The notes under the pieces were generated by a model that saw only the letters and a program-made list of their open reading frames with translations, was not told the DNA's origin and did not search any database. A stretch of 64,000 nucleotides of DNA from Felis catus (taxonomy: Eukaryota), in NCBI RefSeq assembly GCF_018350175.1, contig NC_058368.1, forward strand, positions 124,001-188,000. Reading direction: 5' to 3'. The position numbers and the translations under genes were made by a program. This document shows positions 13,025 to 25,443 of the stretch, one piece after another. Position 1 is the stretch's first letter. Every line of letters begins with the position of its first letter.

Positions 13025-14483
13025 AAGAGTAGTGGGTTTGTGCACAAGTGTTTAGAACTGGGCTGTGGTCTCAGTAAAACTGAAAAAAAAGTTTTAAGAA
13101 AGGAATGAAAACAGAAATAAAAAAGTAAAATCAAAAGTCAAAAAAAAAAAAAAAGAACTGGGCTGTGGTGCAGTAATTCTTGGATGGTTTCTTTCTGTGT
13201 AAACAGGTCACCGAGAATACTGCACATGGGTGAATAAACTGCTCTTCAGAGCGAAAGCATCTTTAACAGCCAGAGAGGGAGGCAAGTTGGCTAACCATCA
13301 TTTCTTTTATCAGCCAGGCAAACACTAAGTACTCCCAGGAAGGCAATCTTTCCTTTGGGTATCAGAAACTGATTGCTCTTGGTTAGGACAGACCAGAGTC
13401 AGAGCTCATTAGGAATGGCTGGGCACTCGCTATGTGGGGGACAGCCTCATTCGCCTTGCCTGGGACCCAAGACATAGTTATCAATACAGCCAGGGAATTG
13501 GAATGGCTACACACAGGGCCAAAGGTTTTCATTTCAGCTGAGAATGGGATAAAGCTGAGAATGAATTGTCTAGCTCCATGTTCCTCTTGTCCCAGAAGTG
13601 AGGATAGTTCCTTCCTGAAACCTCTGACCCTGACTACACACGAGCATTCCTGCTGGGCACCATGAAATTCCCTGGGTTTTTCTTTGTCAACATAGTACTG
13701 AAAGGCAATTTTTGAGGGACCCTGTGTACCAGCATACCTCTGAGCGACAAGAACTTGGCCAGACTTTCTAGTTAAAAGTAGAGAAAATGGCTCTGGGACA
13801 CTGTGCCTGAATGGACAACAGGGAGAACTTAGCTTTAAAAACAGCAACAGGATGGAGGAGAATACACAGAAGGCCAAAGTGCTTTATTAACAGAAGAGAA
13901 TTGGATATAGCAAAAAAAAATGAAGCGACTAGCACAATCTCCTGGCAAGATGGTTGTCTCAGGAATAAGAACACTGTGTGGGTTAGGACCAAGGGAAACC
14001 TCCTGCATTGCTCCTTCAGAAGGAGGGGGAAAGTTTCTGGCATTGGATTTTTTTCTGTTGCCCTGTTCTTTGAGGCAGTCATAATACATAGTTAGCAGTT
14101 TCTGTCTTGTGGCTGACCCTCAGGTATTTGGAAAGTGGCTCTAGAGCACTGGTCCTTGAATGGGCTGTTTCTGCACATTCTGCAGGTCCTGAAGAATACT
14201 GCAAATGGGTGAACTGTCTGCTCTTCAGATGAAGACATCGATAGCAGCCAGTGGTTGGAGTTCTGCTGTCTAACTGTTACCATGCCAACTCCAGGCTTTC
14301 AAGTATCAATTTATCAGTGACAGGGGGTCAATGAATCCTTTTATGTATCAGAAACTGAATGCTTTCAGTTAGCATGGGAGCAACGTGGGAGCTTTCCACC
14401 AATCCCTGGTTTTTCACTGAATTCTTGACAGGCCCACTGTGCCTAGTGGGAACCAACAAATAATTAGACAAACAGCAAGGGAT

Positions 14484-14646
14484 GAGGCACCTGGGTGGCT
14501 CAGTTGGTTAAGCAGCCAACTCTTGATTTCTGCTCAGGTCATGATCTCACACTTGTGAAGTCAAGCCCTGCATCAGGCTTTGTGCTTACAGTGTGGAAAC
14601 TGCTTCGGATCCTCTGCCTCCCTCTTTCTGCCCATACCCAGCTCAT

Positions 14647-14700
<54 letters not shown>

Positions 14701-14745
14701 TCTCTCACTCAAAAAAAGAATGAATGTTTTTTAAAAGTTAAAAAA
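14484..14745 (+). mobile_element. Can-SINE
   Basis: Head GAGGCACCTGGGTGGCTCAGTTGGTTAAG, long (CT)n and an A-rich tail. Confidence 0.9.
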
Positions 14746-17580
14746 GGAAAGAAAACCAGTGATGGAATGTAGATGGACACATGGAGAGCCAAAGTTCTTC
14801 CTTTGAGACTGGGATCAAGCTGAGAATAAAGTGACTAGTATAATCTATTTGAAGCTGGCTGTCTTCAGAATAGGAAGCACCTCTGCACTGGGGGAAGAGA
14901 AAATACTACTGGTTTTACCTGGAAGCCCATTCCAGAGGAAACCATCTGAAATTCAAATGAGAATGGGATACAACTGAAAATGTACTGTATGGCTCAGTGT
15001 TTCGTTGTTCCATAAGCAGGACTGGTTTTCTCCCAACTCCTCTGGGCCTGCCTACATGCAAACATTCCATGCTGGGCACCTTCAAATGCCCTAGGTTTCT
15101 TCATGTATGCATAGTTCTAAAACACAAGTTTTAGCCCAAAGTATTCCAGAGTCCAGAGAACTTGACCCAAGTCCTCGGTTAAATGAGAGGGAATTCTTCC
15201 TAAAATCTGGCCCCAAATGCCTATCAGAGAAAACCTAGTTTTAAAAAAAAAATCCAAAATGGACATAGATATACAGAGGCCCAAAGTTCTTTCTTACAGA
15301 GGAGAATAGGATAAAGCAAAGAAAAAAGTGACTGGCACAATCTCAAGTGTAAAACACACCAATGGTTTGGGCCTAGGGAAATGTATATTGACTACACATG
15401 ATGCCCCTACTGCAAGAAATGTTCATGCAGAAATTTGGTAAGCCAGGAATTCTTCTGGCCATTACCTTTTCTCCTGCCCTTGCCATCAATTATAGATGCA
15501 ACATTCATTCAGTGATTCATGGTCTCCCTGCTGACCTTCAAGTGTTTAGAACCAGTCTCTGGTGCAGGAGTCCTTGACTGTGCTCTTTCTGCACTGACTC
15601 ATATCTGGGAGCAAACTGCCCATCTGAGAGCCTTCTGCTTTTCAGAATGAAGGCAGCTCAGTGAGCCAAGTGAGGGACACAATCAGGGTAAACATTACCG
15701 TGCCACCTGCAGCCTGTCAAGCATCATACTTTCAGTCAAAGAAGAGCAATTTTCTCTTTGGATGTCAGAAACTGATTGCTCTTGGCTAGCACAGGCAGTG
15801 AGGGGAAGGTCTCCATTAATCCCTGAGTGCTTTTATGTGAGTGAAAACCCCATTTCTCCTAAGTGTGACCCAAGACCTTGTTAGAAAATCTGCAAGAGGA
15901 TGGTAATATATGGAGGGCCAGAGTTCTTTATTTTGGAGAGATACAGGATATAACTTTGAATGTGGTGCCTAGCTTCATTTCCCCTTTCTGCAGAACTGAG
16001 GCCAGCTCCATCCCACCCTGTTCCTGCCTACATGCAAACATTCTGTGCTGGGCTCCTTCAGATACTTTATGTCTTTTGTGGCCAACGGTAAGGCTGAAAG
16101 ACAAGCCCTGTGGGTGGGCCCATGTAGTCCAACTTTTCTTAAAGTTGGGAGAACGTGGCCCAACTCCCTACGTGACATGAGAGAACATTGCTCTTATATC
16201 CTGGCCCTAAATCCCCACAGTGAATGCCTAGGTAGAAAAAGTGCAAGGGGATAGGAATGGAGACATCAATGGCCCAGGTTCTTCACTGCAGATGAGGACA
16301 GCATAAAGCTGAGAATGAAATGAGTAGGTAAGATTCTTCTGGCCCCATAAGGGAGGCCAGCTCCCTCCCAGCTCCTCTGGACTTGGCCTATGGGCAGAAA
16401 TTCTGTTCTGGGCACCTTCCAAACCCTTAGGCCTCCCCTTGTCAACATAGTTAGGAAAGGCAAGTCTCAAGGGGCCCCGTTGCTCAACCTATGGCTGAGT
16501 AAGGTAATCTCAATGAGACTTCCAGTTAAAAGCCAAGGAGATATCTTGTGGATGCTGTCTGTGAATATTTCACTGGGAAGACCTGGTTTGATAAAGGGCA
16601 AAATGATGGAAATGGATACATGGAGTGCCAAAGTTCTCCTTATCAAATGCAAATGGGATAAATATGAGAATGAAGTGACCAGAACATTCTTTTGGCAAGC
16701 TGGAGGTCTTGAGAATAAGAAAAACCTCTTGGCTGGGGCAAAGGACACCATCATCGGCTACCCTGGCAACCAGTTTTGCAAGAATTGTTCATTGAGACTT
16801 CAGAAAGGGTTGAGAAGCTTCTGACACTGAGTGGATTTCTTATTCTGCTCTACATTGGATAGTCACCAATGGCTTTGATGTAATGGGTTTTGATACCTAT
16901 GTGTTTGGAATCAGGCTCTGTGGAAGTATTCCTGGAATAGGCAATGCACTGGCCAGTTCTGGGAGCTAAATGACCATCTGGGAATCTTTTGCTTTTCTCA
17001 AGCAGCCAGGGGATGGAGGCACACTGGGTAACCATCAATGCCAAGCCCCACATTCTCAGGAACAGGTAGTTAATCTTTATTTGGATCCCCAAAATCAGAA
17101 ACTGATTGCTCTAGGCTAGCATATGAATGGAGTGGGAGCTAACCACCAATTCCTGGGCATACGCTATGTGAGTGAAAGCCCTATCACGTCTCAGTGTGAC
17201 TCAAGTCCTCCTTAGAAAAACAGCTAGGGGATCAAAATGGATACATGATGGGTCAAAGGCCTTCATTTCAGCAGAGAATGGGACAAAACTGAGAAGAAAG
17301 TGACTAGCTCTGCTGCTCTTCTCCCCGTAAGTAAGGGTGCTTCCTCCCAATTCTCTGGCTTTGCCTATACACCAACATTTTGTCTGGCAAGCTTCAAGTG
17401 CCCTGTCTTTTTATTGTCAAAATATTTCTAAGAGGAAAGTTCCAAGGGGCTTTTTGTCCAATCTATGCCAGAGTCAGGATGACTTGGCCAAGCTCCCCAA
17501 TTAAAATGAAGGGACATTGCTCTTAGGTCTGTCCTTGAATTCCCCACCATGGGGACTTATTTTTAAAAAGAGCAAGGGGA

Positions 17581-17799
17581 GGGGCGCCTGGGTGGCGCAG
17601 TCGGTTAAGCGTCCGACTTCAGCCAGGTCACGATCTCGCGGTCCGGGAGTTAGAGCCCCGCGTCGGGCTCTGGGCTGATGGCTCAGAGCCTGGAGCCTGT
17701 TTCTGATTCTGTGTCTCCCTCTCTCTCTGCCCCTCCCCCGTTCATGCTCTGTCTCTCTCTGTCCCAAAAATAAATAAACGTTGAAAAAAATTAAAAAAA
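17581..17799 (+). mobile_element. Young felid Can-SINE (SINEC_Fc-like) with 16-bp TSD
   Basis: CpG-rich, near-consensus copy. TSD AAAAAGAGCAAGGGGA at 17565-17580 and 17800-17815. Confidence 0.97.
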
Positions 17800-17969
17800 A
17801 AAAAGAGCAAGGGGATGGGAATGGATACACAGAAAGCTAAAGATCTTATCAGGTGAGAATGGGATACTTCTGGGAATAAAGAGAATAGCACAATCTCCTG
17901 GCAAGCTCACTGTTTTCTGAAGGAAAAAACACACGTGGCCTGGGTAAATGGGAAGCATCCATCTGCTTC

Positions 17970-18775
17970 ATGAGGGAGAAGAAGGAAATCTGAGGACCAA
18001 ACACAAGCTAGCATTACCTGTCCCAACCCCAGGAGGGATATGTGTGACATTCCTCAGGCACTCCTGGCTGCGGAAGGACAAAGGAAAGGGCAGAAAACAA
18101 ATGGGTAAACTGATAGAGCCCCCATTAATTTACAAGTATCTTAGTAAATTACAAGAAAAATGCAGGGCTAATATCCAGAAACCTATAGACTCAGTTTTCT
18201 ACAGCCCCAACAGCACCCTGTCCTCCATAGTGATGGGAGGAACAAAGGCAAGAAGGAAATGGCATATAAAACTGAATTTCCTGGCGTGTCTGGGTGGCTG
18301 AATCCCTTAAGCCTCTGACTTTGGCTCAGGTCATGATCTCACAGTTCTTGCGTTCCAACCCCATGTGGGGCTCTTTGCTGACAACTCAGAGTCTGGAGCC
18401 TGCTTCATAATCTATCTCTCTCTCTCTCTGCTGCTCTCCTGGTGCATATTCTCCCTTTCTTTCTCTCTCTTTCTCTCTCTCACTCTCTCCCCCTCTCTCT
18501 CAAGAAATAAAAATTAAAAAAAATTAAAATGTAATTTCCTTGTCACCTGCAGCCCATTGACAAATACTTGAGGCTGTCAGAGTAAAATGCCTCTCCAGGA
18601 ACTCTCTGCTGTCTTAATGTTAATGTTTTGCCAGAGGGAAAAACAAAACAAACTTAGCTTGACAACATAGCTAGGCCTCCACTAATCTGTGAGTCCTTAG
18701 CATGTGAAAGTCCCCTTGTAAACTTGCCTTTTGACTTTACCTTCCCCAAACCCATATTATATAACCAGTCTTCAC
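17970..18775 (+). mobile_element. Probable ERV1-class LTR fragment (3'-truncated), interrupted by a Can-SINE at ~18283-18530
   Basis: Interrupts the 1-kb repeat, begins TG, has LTR U3-like composition and a TATATAA near 18758. The SINE is flanked by a duplicated AATTTCCT. Confidence 0.5.
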
Positions 18776-18896
18776 ACTATTAATAACAATAACAATAGCA
18801 ATAATAATAATAATAATAATAAATCTGAAAAAACACCCTGAGGACCAAAGTTGTTCACCTCAGGTGAAAATGGAATGGAGCTGGGACCTTTGACAT

Positions 18897-19188
18897 TGTT
18901 GGAGAAGTGGATAAAGTACACCAAAGATGGCTGATTGGACTAAAACAAACTCTGGTCACTAGCTTAGAGACCCCTCCTCCGGGTTCTTCTTCCTTTGTTT
19001 GCTGTGTGCGTGAAAACCCCCACAGATATGGAGGCTGTCAGCTATAAATTACCCTCCCCATTCAGGGCTCAGACCTTTGGAGAAACAGTCTCCTCTGAGC
19101 CCGCTGGTGTAAAATAAATCTCCAATCCACCAAGATCTCCGAGTGCCACTTGGTTTTTCCACCAGCATTCCAGCCTGGTTCCCTAACG
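18897..19188 (+). repeat. ERV 5' LTR
   Basis: Runs TGTTGGAGAAGTGGATAAAGTACACC...TAAC(G) with TATAAA and AATAAA. Direct repeat of 25131-25443. Confidence 0.95.
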
Positions 19189-19192
19189 TACT

Positions 19193-19210
19193 TGGTTCCC
19201 TGACTGGGAA
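19193..19210 (+). promoter_or_regulatory. Retroviral primer-binding site, tRNA-Glu(CTC) type
   Basis: TGGTTCCCTGACTGGGAA is a 17/18 match to the complement of the tRNA-Glu-CTC 3' end (TGGTTCCCTGACCGGGAA) and lies 4 nt after the 5' LTR. Confidence 0.9.
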
Positions 19211-20199
19211 ACCCAACCGCGCTGGCCCATTGTTGCCACTGGTTTGGGAGAACAGCGAGGTGGTGATGGAATGAGGGATCACAAGGGAGAGCACGCACCC
19301 TGCCTAAATTTCGGCAGTCACCTTCTCTGTCCCCTTCAGGCCGGCCTTGCTCCGCCGTTCCTGCTGGACTTGAGGAGACTTGGCAGATAAGGACCTGGAC
19401 CTGACGTTGGAACAGGTAAGACTGGGGCCCAATCTAGTCAGGCCCACTCCCAAGGGTGGAAGGGGGACCTGATCACTCCCTGAGACTTCAGAAGTCTCAC
19501 AGGTAGGGAATCTATGGTAGGAAATATAATAACCTCTGGTGTGTACGTGAATGTGAATATGCGACTTGGTCTGGCTTGCCTGCTAAGTCCGATTCTGTGG
19601 CTCCACAGGCAGGCGCCCTTGGGGTCCCCAGGGGGCTACAGAGTCTGAGTGGGCCCATCTGCGTTTCCATGATGGATGGAGCTAGGTCTGTGGCGATATC
19701 AGAATGTTTCTGATCATGGGTCGCAAGGCTGGGACCTGTGGAGTTGAGCATCGCCTGGGTTCCTTCAGGACACTGCCAGGTGGGCATCTGGCTGGTCTCC
19801 TCACTGGAGGGGGCGCCCCTGTCCCTCTGTCTTTGTGACTCTGCCTCACAGGAGCATTGTGGGGTCAGGATGGAGCCACGAGAGCCAGGCAAAGGTTTTA
19901 ACTGCTTTATCCAGAGACTCACCCGGGGAGCCAAAGAAGCGACTCACAGCTCCCCTAATGTTCCCCACTTCATGACTCTTTAGGACCCCTCCCCTCTCCC
20001 CTGAGCTTGAAAATCCTCCCCTGGTGGACTCGCTGCTGCTGCCAGGGCACTGCCAGGGCGCTGCCAGGGGAGCTGCCCATTTCTCCTCCCCTTCCAGGCC
20101 AGAAGACCCTCCCCCACAAGGCCAGGCGCAGGCACTCTCCAGATGCTGGTCCACATCCGCTGATATCAAGAGGCTATCAGGAGGATCAGAGCAGGTGGC

Positions 20200-20740
20200 T
20201 GAGAAGGCCATAAATATGCCCAGCTGCAAGGGGAAAGGACATTAAAAAGAATAAATGTCCCAACCAGGGGAAATCCCAAAAAGCCAGCGGAGATCAGGAG
20301 GAACCTCAAGAAGGGGACCTTATTGGTCTAGCTGAGATAGAACCAGACTAAAAGGGGACACTGACTCTCTCTGTTCCTCTGCTAAATAGATGTGAGGGAT
20401 TCTCCCTCATTTCCCAGGTTAACAGCTATAATTGGAGCCAACTGTGGTTAGTCTACCTCGGGACAGGGACTTTAAGGAATATTCCCAAGCAGTTGCTCCT
20501 TCTGCCTTCCCCTCCCCCTCATGTTTCTGCACCAACTTGGGTGTGGTCCTGTACCATCCTCAGTGTCTCAGGTACCATTGGTTCCTCCTCCCACCCTCCA
20601 AGTCAAGGAGCAAAGTGTACCTCCCCTTGGACCACCCATTTAAGATATCTCCACTGGTGCCCAAATGAAAATTGACAATGGGAAAAAATTGATTGACTTT
20701 TAGGTGGATGCAGGTGAAACATATTCGATGTTTAAACTAA
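20200..20740 (+). pseudogene. gag-pro: ERV gag C-terminus (CCHC knuckle remnant) and protease N-terminus remnant
   Basis: ~20215-20260 reads as a broken C..SCKGKGH*K..KCP knuckle, with the gag stop near 20349. ~20680-20735 reads KLIDF*VDAGETYS, a decayed LVDTGA active-site motif. Confidence 0.7.
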
Positions 20741-23220
20741 TTTAAGTTTATGGGACCTGTCTTTAAAGTTATCAGCAAAGGTCAAATAAGCTCATGTTAT
20801 CTCTGTTGCAGTTTGCTAATGATACTTAATTTTGTCTCAAAGTTTTCATGGGTAATTGTTAAGATAACTTTCAAGGTCCTTGGTAACCTGAAACTTTCCA
20901 AATAGGATGGAATGCTACAGCTTTGATTATTGAACATAGGTTTGCGTTTTTAACTTCTTATTGCTGAGAAATTAAGGCTATTTGGACCTATTGGGAAACA
21001 TGCTTTGTACTTAATTGGTTCATGAATTTACCATCTAAAAAAATTCTGATGTAAACACCTCTCAACTGGTTACTAAGTCCTCAATTGGAGACTAAGTGTT
21101 CCTAAGAGTTAAAATTCTGCTAAATGTACTTAAGACTGATGAAAATAAAGAAAGCAACTCTGTATGTAGGAAAATAGGACATATATAAGAAAAATATAAG
21201 GAATGGAAATACAGTTTTGTTGAGGGTAGAAGAAAGTAATTTTGTCCTAAATGGGACTGGTTATTTGGAAAGAAATAGCTTTGGGACAAAATTTAGAAGC
21301 AAAAGAAAGTTATAGAAGGTTGAGATGAATGGAATTTTAAAAGTACACTAGTATAAGGTTGAAATCCTGCTTTTCTCTCTGCTCAAATGACAAAGTTTTC
21401 TTGACCTGTTGATCTGCTCTTGTTAAGACAATGCAAACAAAGATTTATCCTCCAGGAAAATCAAAGTTTTAGGTCTCATCTCTATCAGGTCTTTGATTAC
21501 TTAGTTAAAACTTCTGAATGTTAAAGGAGCTAGGTTTTGATAACAACTGTATAATGCTATACATTCACCTTTGGGATCTTTTATTGCCACTTTGGTTGAA
21601 TATATAAAATGGTAAGATTTGTAATGATCTGTAATCCTATTTAGGATGCACTTATGACTTCTGGGGCTTTAACAAACTTCTCAGGATTTAAATGGTAAAT
21701 GAAGTCTTCTTGGCCAATTAGGTCTTTTTATTTGGGATGTTAAGTTATTTGGAAAAGCTGTCATACAATAGTAAACCTTAGATTGCACAGGTAAATTCTG
21801 TAACTGCCCGGATATATGCAATTCCTAAAATTTTAATGTTTTGATATGAGGTCATCACTTAATATTCTGATTACTTGAAATGTTGTGTGCTACAGAAATA
21901 ACCGAATTTCTTTGTCAATTGCATCATAATGAACTCTCAGATCTTTAACGATGTCTATTTCCGAGATTTTGCCATTTATAATTGTTCTTATTCTCTCACA
22001 AATCGTGTTTGTAAAAAAGGACTTTGGGGATAAATACAGGTATTTGACATATTTAAGATTAATACTAAAATGGGTAAAAATTTCCGGAACTAAAAAGCTG
22101 CATTCAAATTGAACAAGAATTAGGAACATGGGATTAAATGAACTGAGGAAGATTATAGTTTTGTGATTCTTGTTGAAAATATTGCTGGTTCTCTAATGTT
22201 TCATCTTCCAGATTAAGAAAACTTTCTCTTAAGATATCTATGACATACAAAAATGTCATAAAGTATGCATTTGTAAACTGAAGCATTTATCTTTTCTCTC
22301 TACATAACTCCCCTGAAATTCAAAACTCTCAATGAGTATTCTTTCTTTCATGGCAATCACAATTGTTTGCATATAAGTTCAGTAAGAATCTGTTCATCTT
22401 GTAACAGGTCACCACTGGAAATACTGGTTATTTTACCAAAGCTTTGACTGGAATGTCATATTTGAGGATGACATTCATAGACTCAGATATGACCAGACAG
22501 ATTTAAGGAATTAGGGTTGGCTTTATAAAACATGGAGCCATAAAGCCCCTTGGAAATGTGGGCCTGGTGCCTTGCTTACAGAGTTCCCAGCAGCCTCACC
22601 AGATAGGTAAAGAAGGTCACTTCCTGGCAGGTGCAGGAACTTCAGGATATCTTGGGGACCTCATGAAGAGGAATTCGCCCAATTCTACAGGTATTGCAGG
22701 CCTGTCTGATGAGAAGTATTTGGCTTGGCTTCTGGCCTGGAGAGGCTACTAAAAGTTCAACCTGGAGATTCCTTATAAAAGATTCCAACAAAGTAAACTT
22801 TAAGAGATCCTCATGATCAATCGCTATTCTTGCTGAGCTTATGTAAATAATTAGGCCAGATTTGTTAAGACTGCATTTGCTCTACAAATGCATTGGTCTC
22901 AATTTGGCTATCTCTGGAAAGGGGGGGGGGGTGTTTAGAGAGAACAACTATGTTTCAACAATGCACCATTATGGATGTTAAATTCTAGTTATGATTGCAT
23001 TTAAATGTTTGTTGTTTGCCTAAACTAGACAACTTGAGGTAAACTTCAGAAAATTGTCACAGTATTTCATGTATAGGCAATCTTCTATGCTTGTTATTCT
23101 ATGGGGATAATAATAAGACCCCATGAGCATATGATTATTTAAACAACTGGAAAACAGGATGGATCTCTAAATATGCAAACCATATCTTCCCTAAACCTGA
23201 TCTGACAGTTACCAGAAACC

Positions 23221-23400
23221 CGCCCCTTTCGAAGACTTGGAAGTGGACTTTACAGATATACAACCAAATAGAGGATTTAGTTTCAGGTAACACCCCATGG
23301 GTCCATCACTCCAGAGCTAAGAAGGCCAACTCAGAGGAACCCTCAACTTGGCAAAGTGATCCAGATCCAGTCAACCCGCTTAAACCGACTCTCAAAAAGA
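23221..23400 (+). pseudogene. pol: ERV integrase remnants
   Basis: PFEDLEVDFTDIQPNRG (integrase core start) is joined almost directly to GNTPWVHHSRAKKA...DPVNPLK (integrase C-terminus). Confidence 0.75.
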
Positions 23401-23488
23401 CACTGGCTCCTGAGATCTCCAGCCCTGCTCCAGTCACACCCCAGAAGCTGGCTGGCCTGCGCATGGCAGAAGCTTGAGGAATCAACAT

Positions 23489-25077
23489 ATGGACAGAGCC
23501 CAGGGGCTTGGATGCAACTCTGCCAGCCCTTGTCCCTTACTGGTGTCATAGCCCTGATCTTCTTGCTTTTGGATTGATAGAGACTGCACCAACAAGCTGG
23601 GCATGGGACAAAAGATGCATGCCGGGTCTCACATACCTCCTCTGGATGGGAGAATTATTAAGTATTGCCTGTATATTATAACCTCTCTCACCCTCACAAC
23701 TGCCACTTACCCACTTTGCCCCCAGGATTGTTATACGACAATAAGGGGGGTCAAGGGCATTCAGTGCCTTCACCTCCCTCCACAAAGAGTGCTACAAGGG
23801 AAAAACAGCCACTCTCTGTCAGTCACCTGGTGCCCCAAGGACTAAGTATTGGACTGTAAAGATAACCCAAAATGTCAGGAACCCATGTCACAACAAGGGC
23901 CTCCAGAGTGCTTTCTACACTTACCTTCCTCAATGGGGGATCTCGAGGGATATCAGACAGGGGAGGGAGGCAAGACAGGGCCCTTCAAAAGGGCATACTC
24001 CTTATTAAGCATACCCAGGACAAGGTAATACAAGCCATAAAGGTGACCACTCCCCCAGCAGCCTACCAGGGTTTGAACCTTTCAGCCCTAAATCAGATGC
24101 TTACCAATTCCCCACTCCAGTGTTGGGTCAACACTACAAGTCCTCCATAAAATAGATAATCACACCCAAACCTGCTGGATGTGCTTGCCCCTCAGCTGGA
24201 GGGCTTACTTAGCCACTCCTCTCCCTTTGACCTGGGAATCTCCTGAAGTTCTCAAAACCAACACCTCTGTCTTAATTGGATCCCTGGCCACTGGGATCCA
24301 TCTCACAAATGCCGACAATCTAACCTGTACGGTCCCTGAAGGTATGAATGGTACCTCTCTATATGGAAGAAATATAACCTCAAAGAGGAATACAACCCAT
24401 GTTCAACCCCTGGGGTGTTCTATCTATGTTCTCATTTGGCCTAACGATGCTTAGAGGCCAACTGGACTCTGATATGTTATTCCGTCTTCCTAACCCCAGA
24501 GATATCCGTGTACACTGAAGATCAGCTCCTAACAGCCTTTAGCCCCAAGTCCTGGGCTAAACCAGCAATCCCACTACCCGTTCTGATAGCTGAAGGAATT
24601 GCGACGGGAATAGGAACTGGAATAGGGGGCATAGGTTCATCCATAGAACTATACCCTAGACTATCTCAAGAGCTAAATGAAGACATGGAACAGGTGGCAG
24701 ATTCTCTGGTAACCTTACAAAGCCAAATAAACTCTCTGGCGACAGTGACCCTCCAAACTTCAGAAAAAGGAGAGACTTGCATCTTTATGGGGGAGGAAGG
24801 TCGCTGTTTTGTAAACCAGTCAGGAATAGTTACAACTAAGGTTAAGGAACTCAAGGAAAGAATTCAATATAGACAACAGGAAAATATCAATCAGTGGAAA
24901 GGATGGGATCTCACAGATTGGGCATCCTGGCTTCCTGCCCTGGTGGGGCCCCTCCTCTCCATAATTTTACTTGTATCCATCGGCCCCCATATACTGAATG
25001 CCATGGTATGTTTTATTGAAATCACTGCTGCTCGCCAAACTGCATGTATCTTAGCCTTCCAAGAGCATCAACTGTAA
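23489..25077 (+). pseudogene. env: ERV env pseudogene, gamma-type, TM similar to HERV-W/syncytin-1 family
   Basis: CWMC motif at 24173-24184. ORF 24508-25077 contains a fusion peptide (GIATGIGTGIGGIG), LSQELNEDMEQVADSLVTLQSQINSLA, VNQSGIVTTKVKEL and a hydrophobic anchor. SU has stops and frameshifts; the furin site and CX6CC are degraded. Confidence 0.9.
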
Positions 25078-25130
25078 AACTGAAAAGTGATGCCTACTAA
25101 AAGTTTTTTTAAAGGCATTAAAGGGGGGAA

Positions 25131-25443
25131 TGTTGGAGAAGTGGATAAAGTACACCAAAGATGGCTGAATGGGCTAAAACAAACTCTGGTCTCTGGCTTA
25201 GAGACCCCTCCTCTGGATTCTTCTTCCTTTTTTTGCTGCACACGCAAACCACCCCCCCCCCCACACACACACACATATGGAGGCTGATAACTATAAATTA
25301 CCCTTCCCACTCGCATTCAGGGCTCGGATCTTTGGAGAAACGGTCTCCTCTGAGCCCGCTGGTGTTAAATAAATCTCCAATCCACCAAGATCTCTGAGTG
25401 CTGCTTGGTTTTTCTGCCAGCATTCCAGCCTGGTTCCGTAACA
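25131..25443 (+). repeat. ERV 3' LTR
   Basis: TG...TAACA, preceded by the polypurine tract. Homologous to the 5' LTR. Confidence 0.95.

Larger units (their letters stand above)
18897..25443 (+). mobile_element. Decayed, non-autonomous class I (gammaretrovirus-like) endogenous provirus, 6.5 kb
   Basis: Two homologous LTRs (18897-19188 and 25131-25443), PBS at 19193-19210, splice donor CAG|GTAAG at ~19415, gag zinc-knuckle remnant, protease remnant, integrase remnants, env remnant, and a PPT AAAGGGGGGAA at 25120-25130. Confidence 0.95.

Noticed and set aside
13432..16824. ORFs in the 1-kb repeat as a repeated protein domain
   Set aside because: Homologous positions are open in different frames in different units and are interrupted by stops and indels.
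17501..17830. ORFs such as GQRETEHERGRGRERGRHRIRNRLQALS (also at 45999 and 53827)
   Set aside because: These are translations of Can-SINE sequence.
24508..25077. Functional syncytin gene
   Set aside because: SU is broken by stops and frameshifts, the furin site reads WAKP, the ISD core is deleted and CX6CC is lost.
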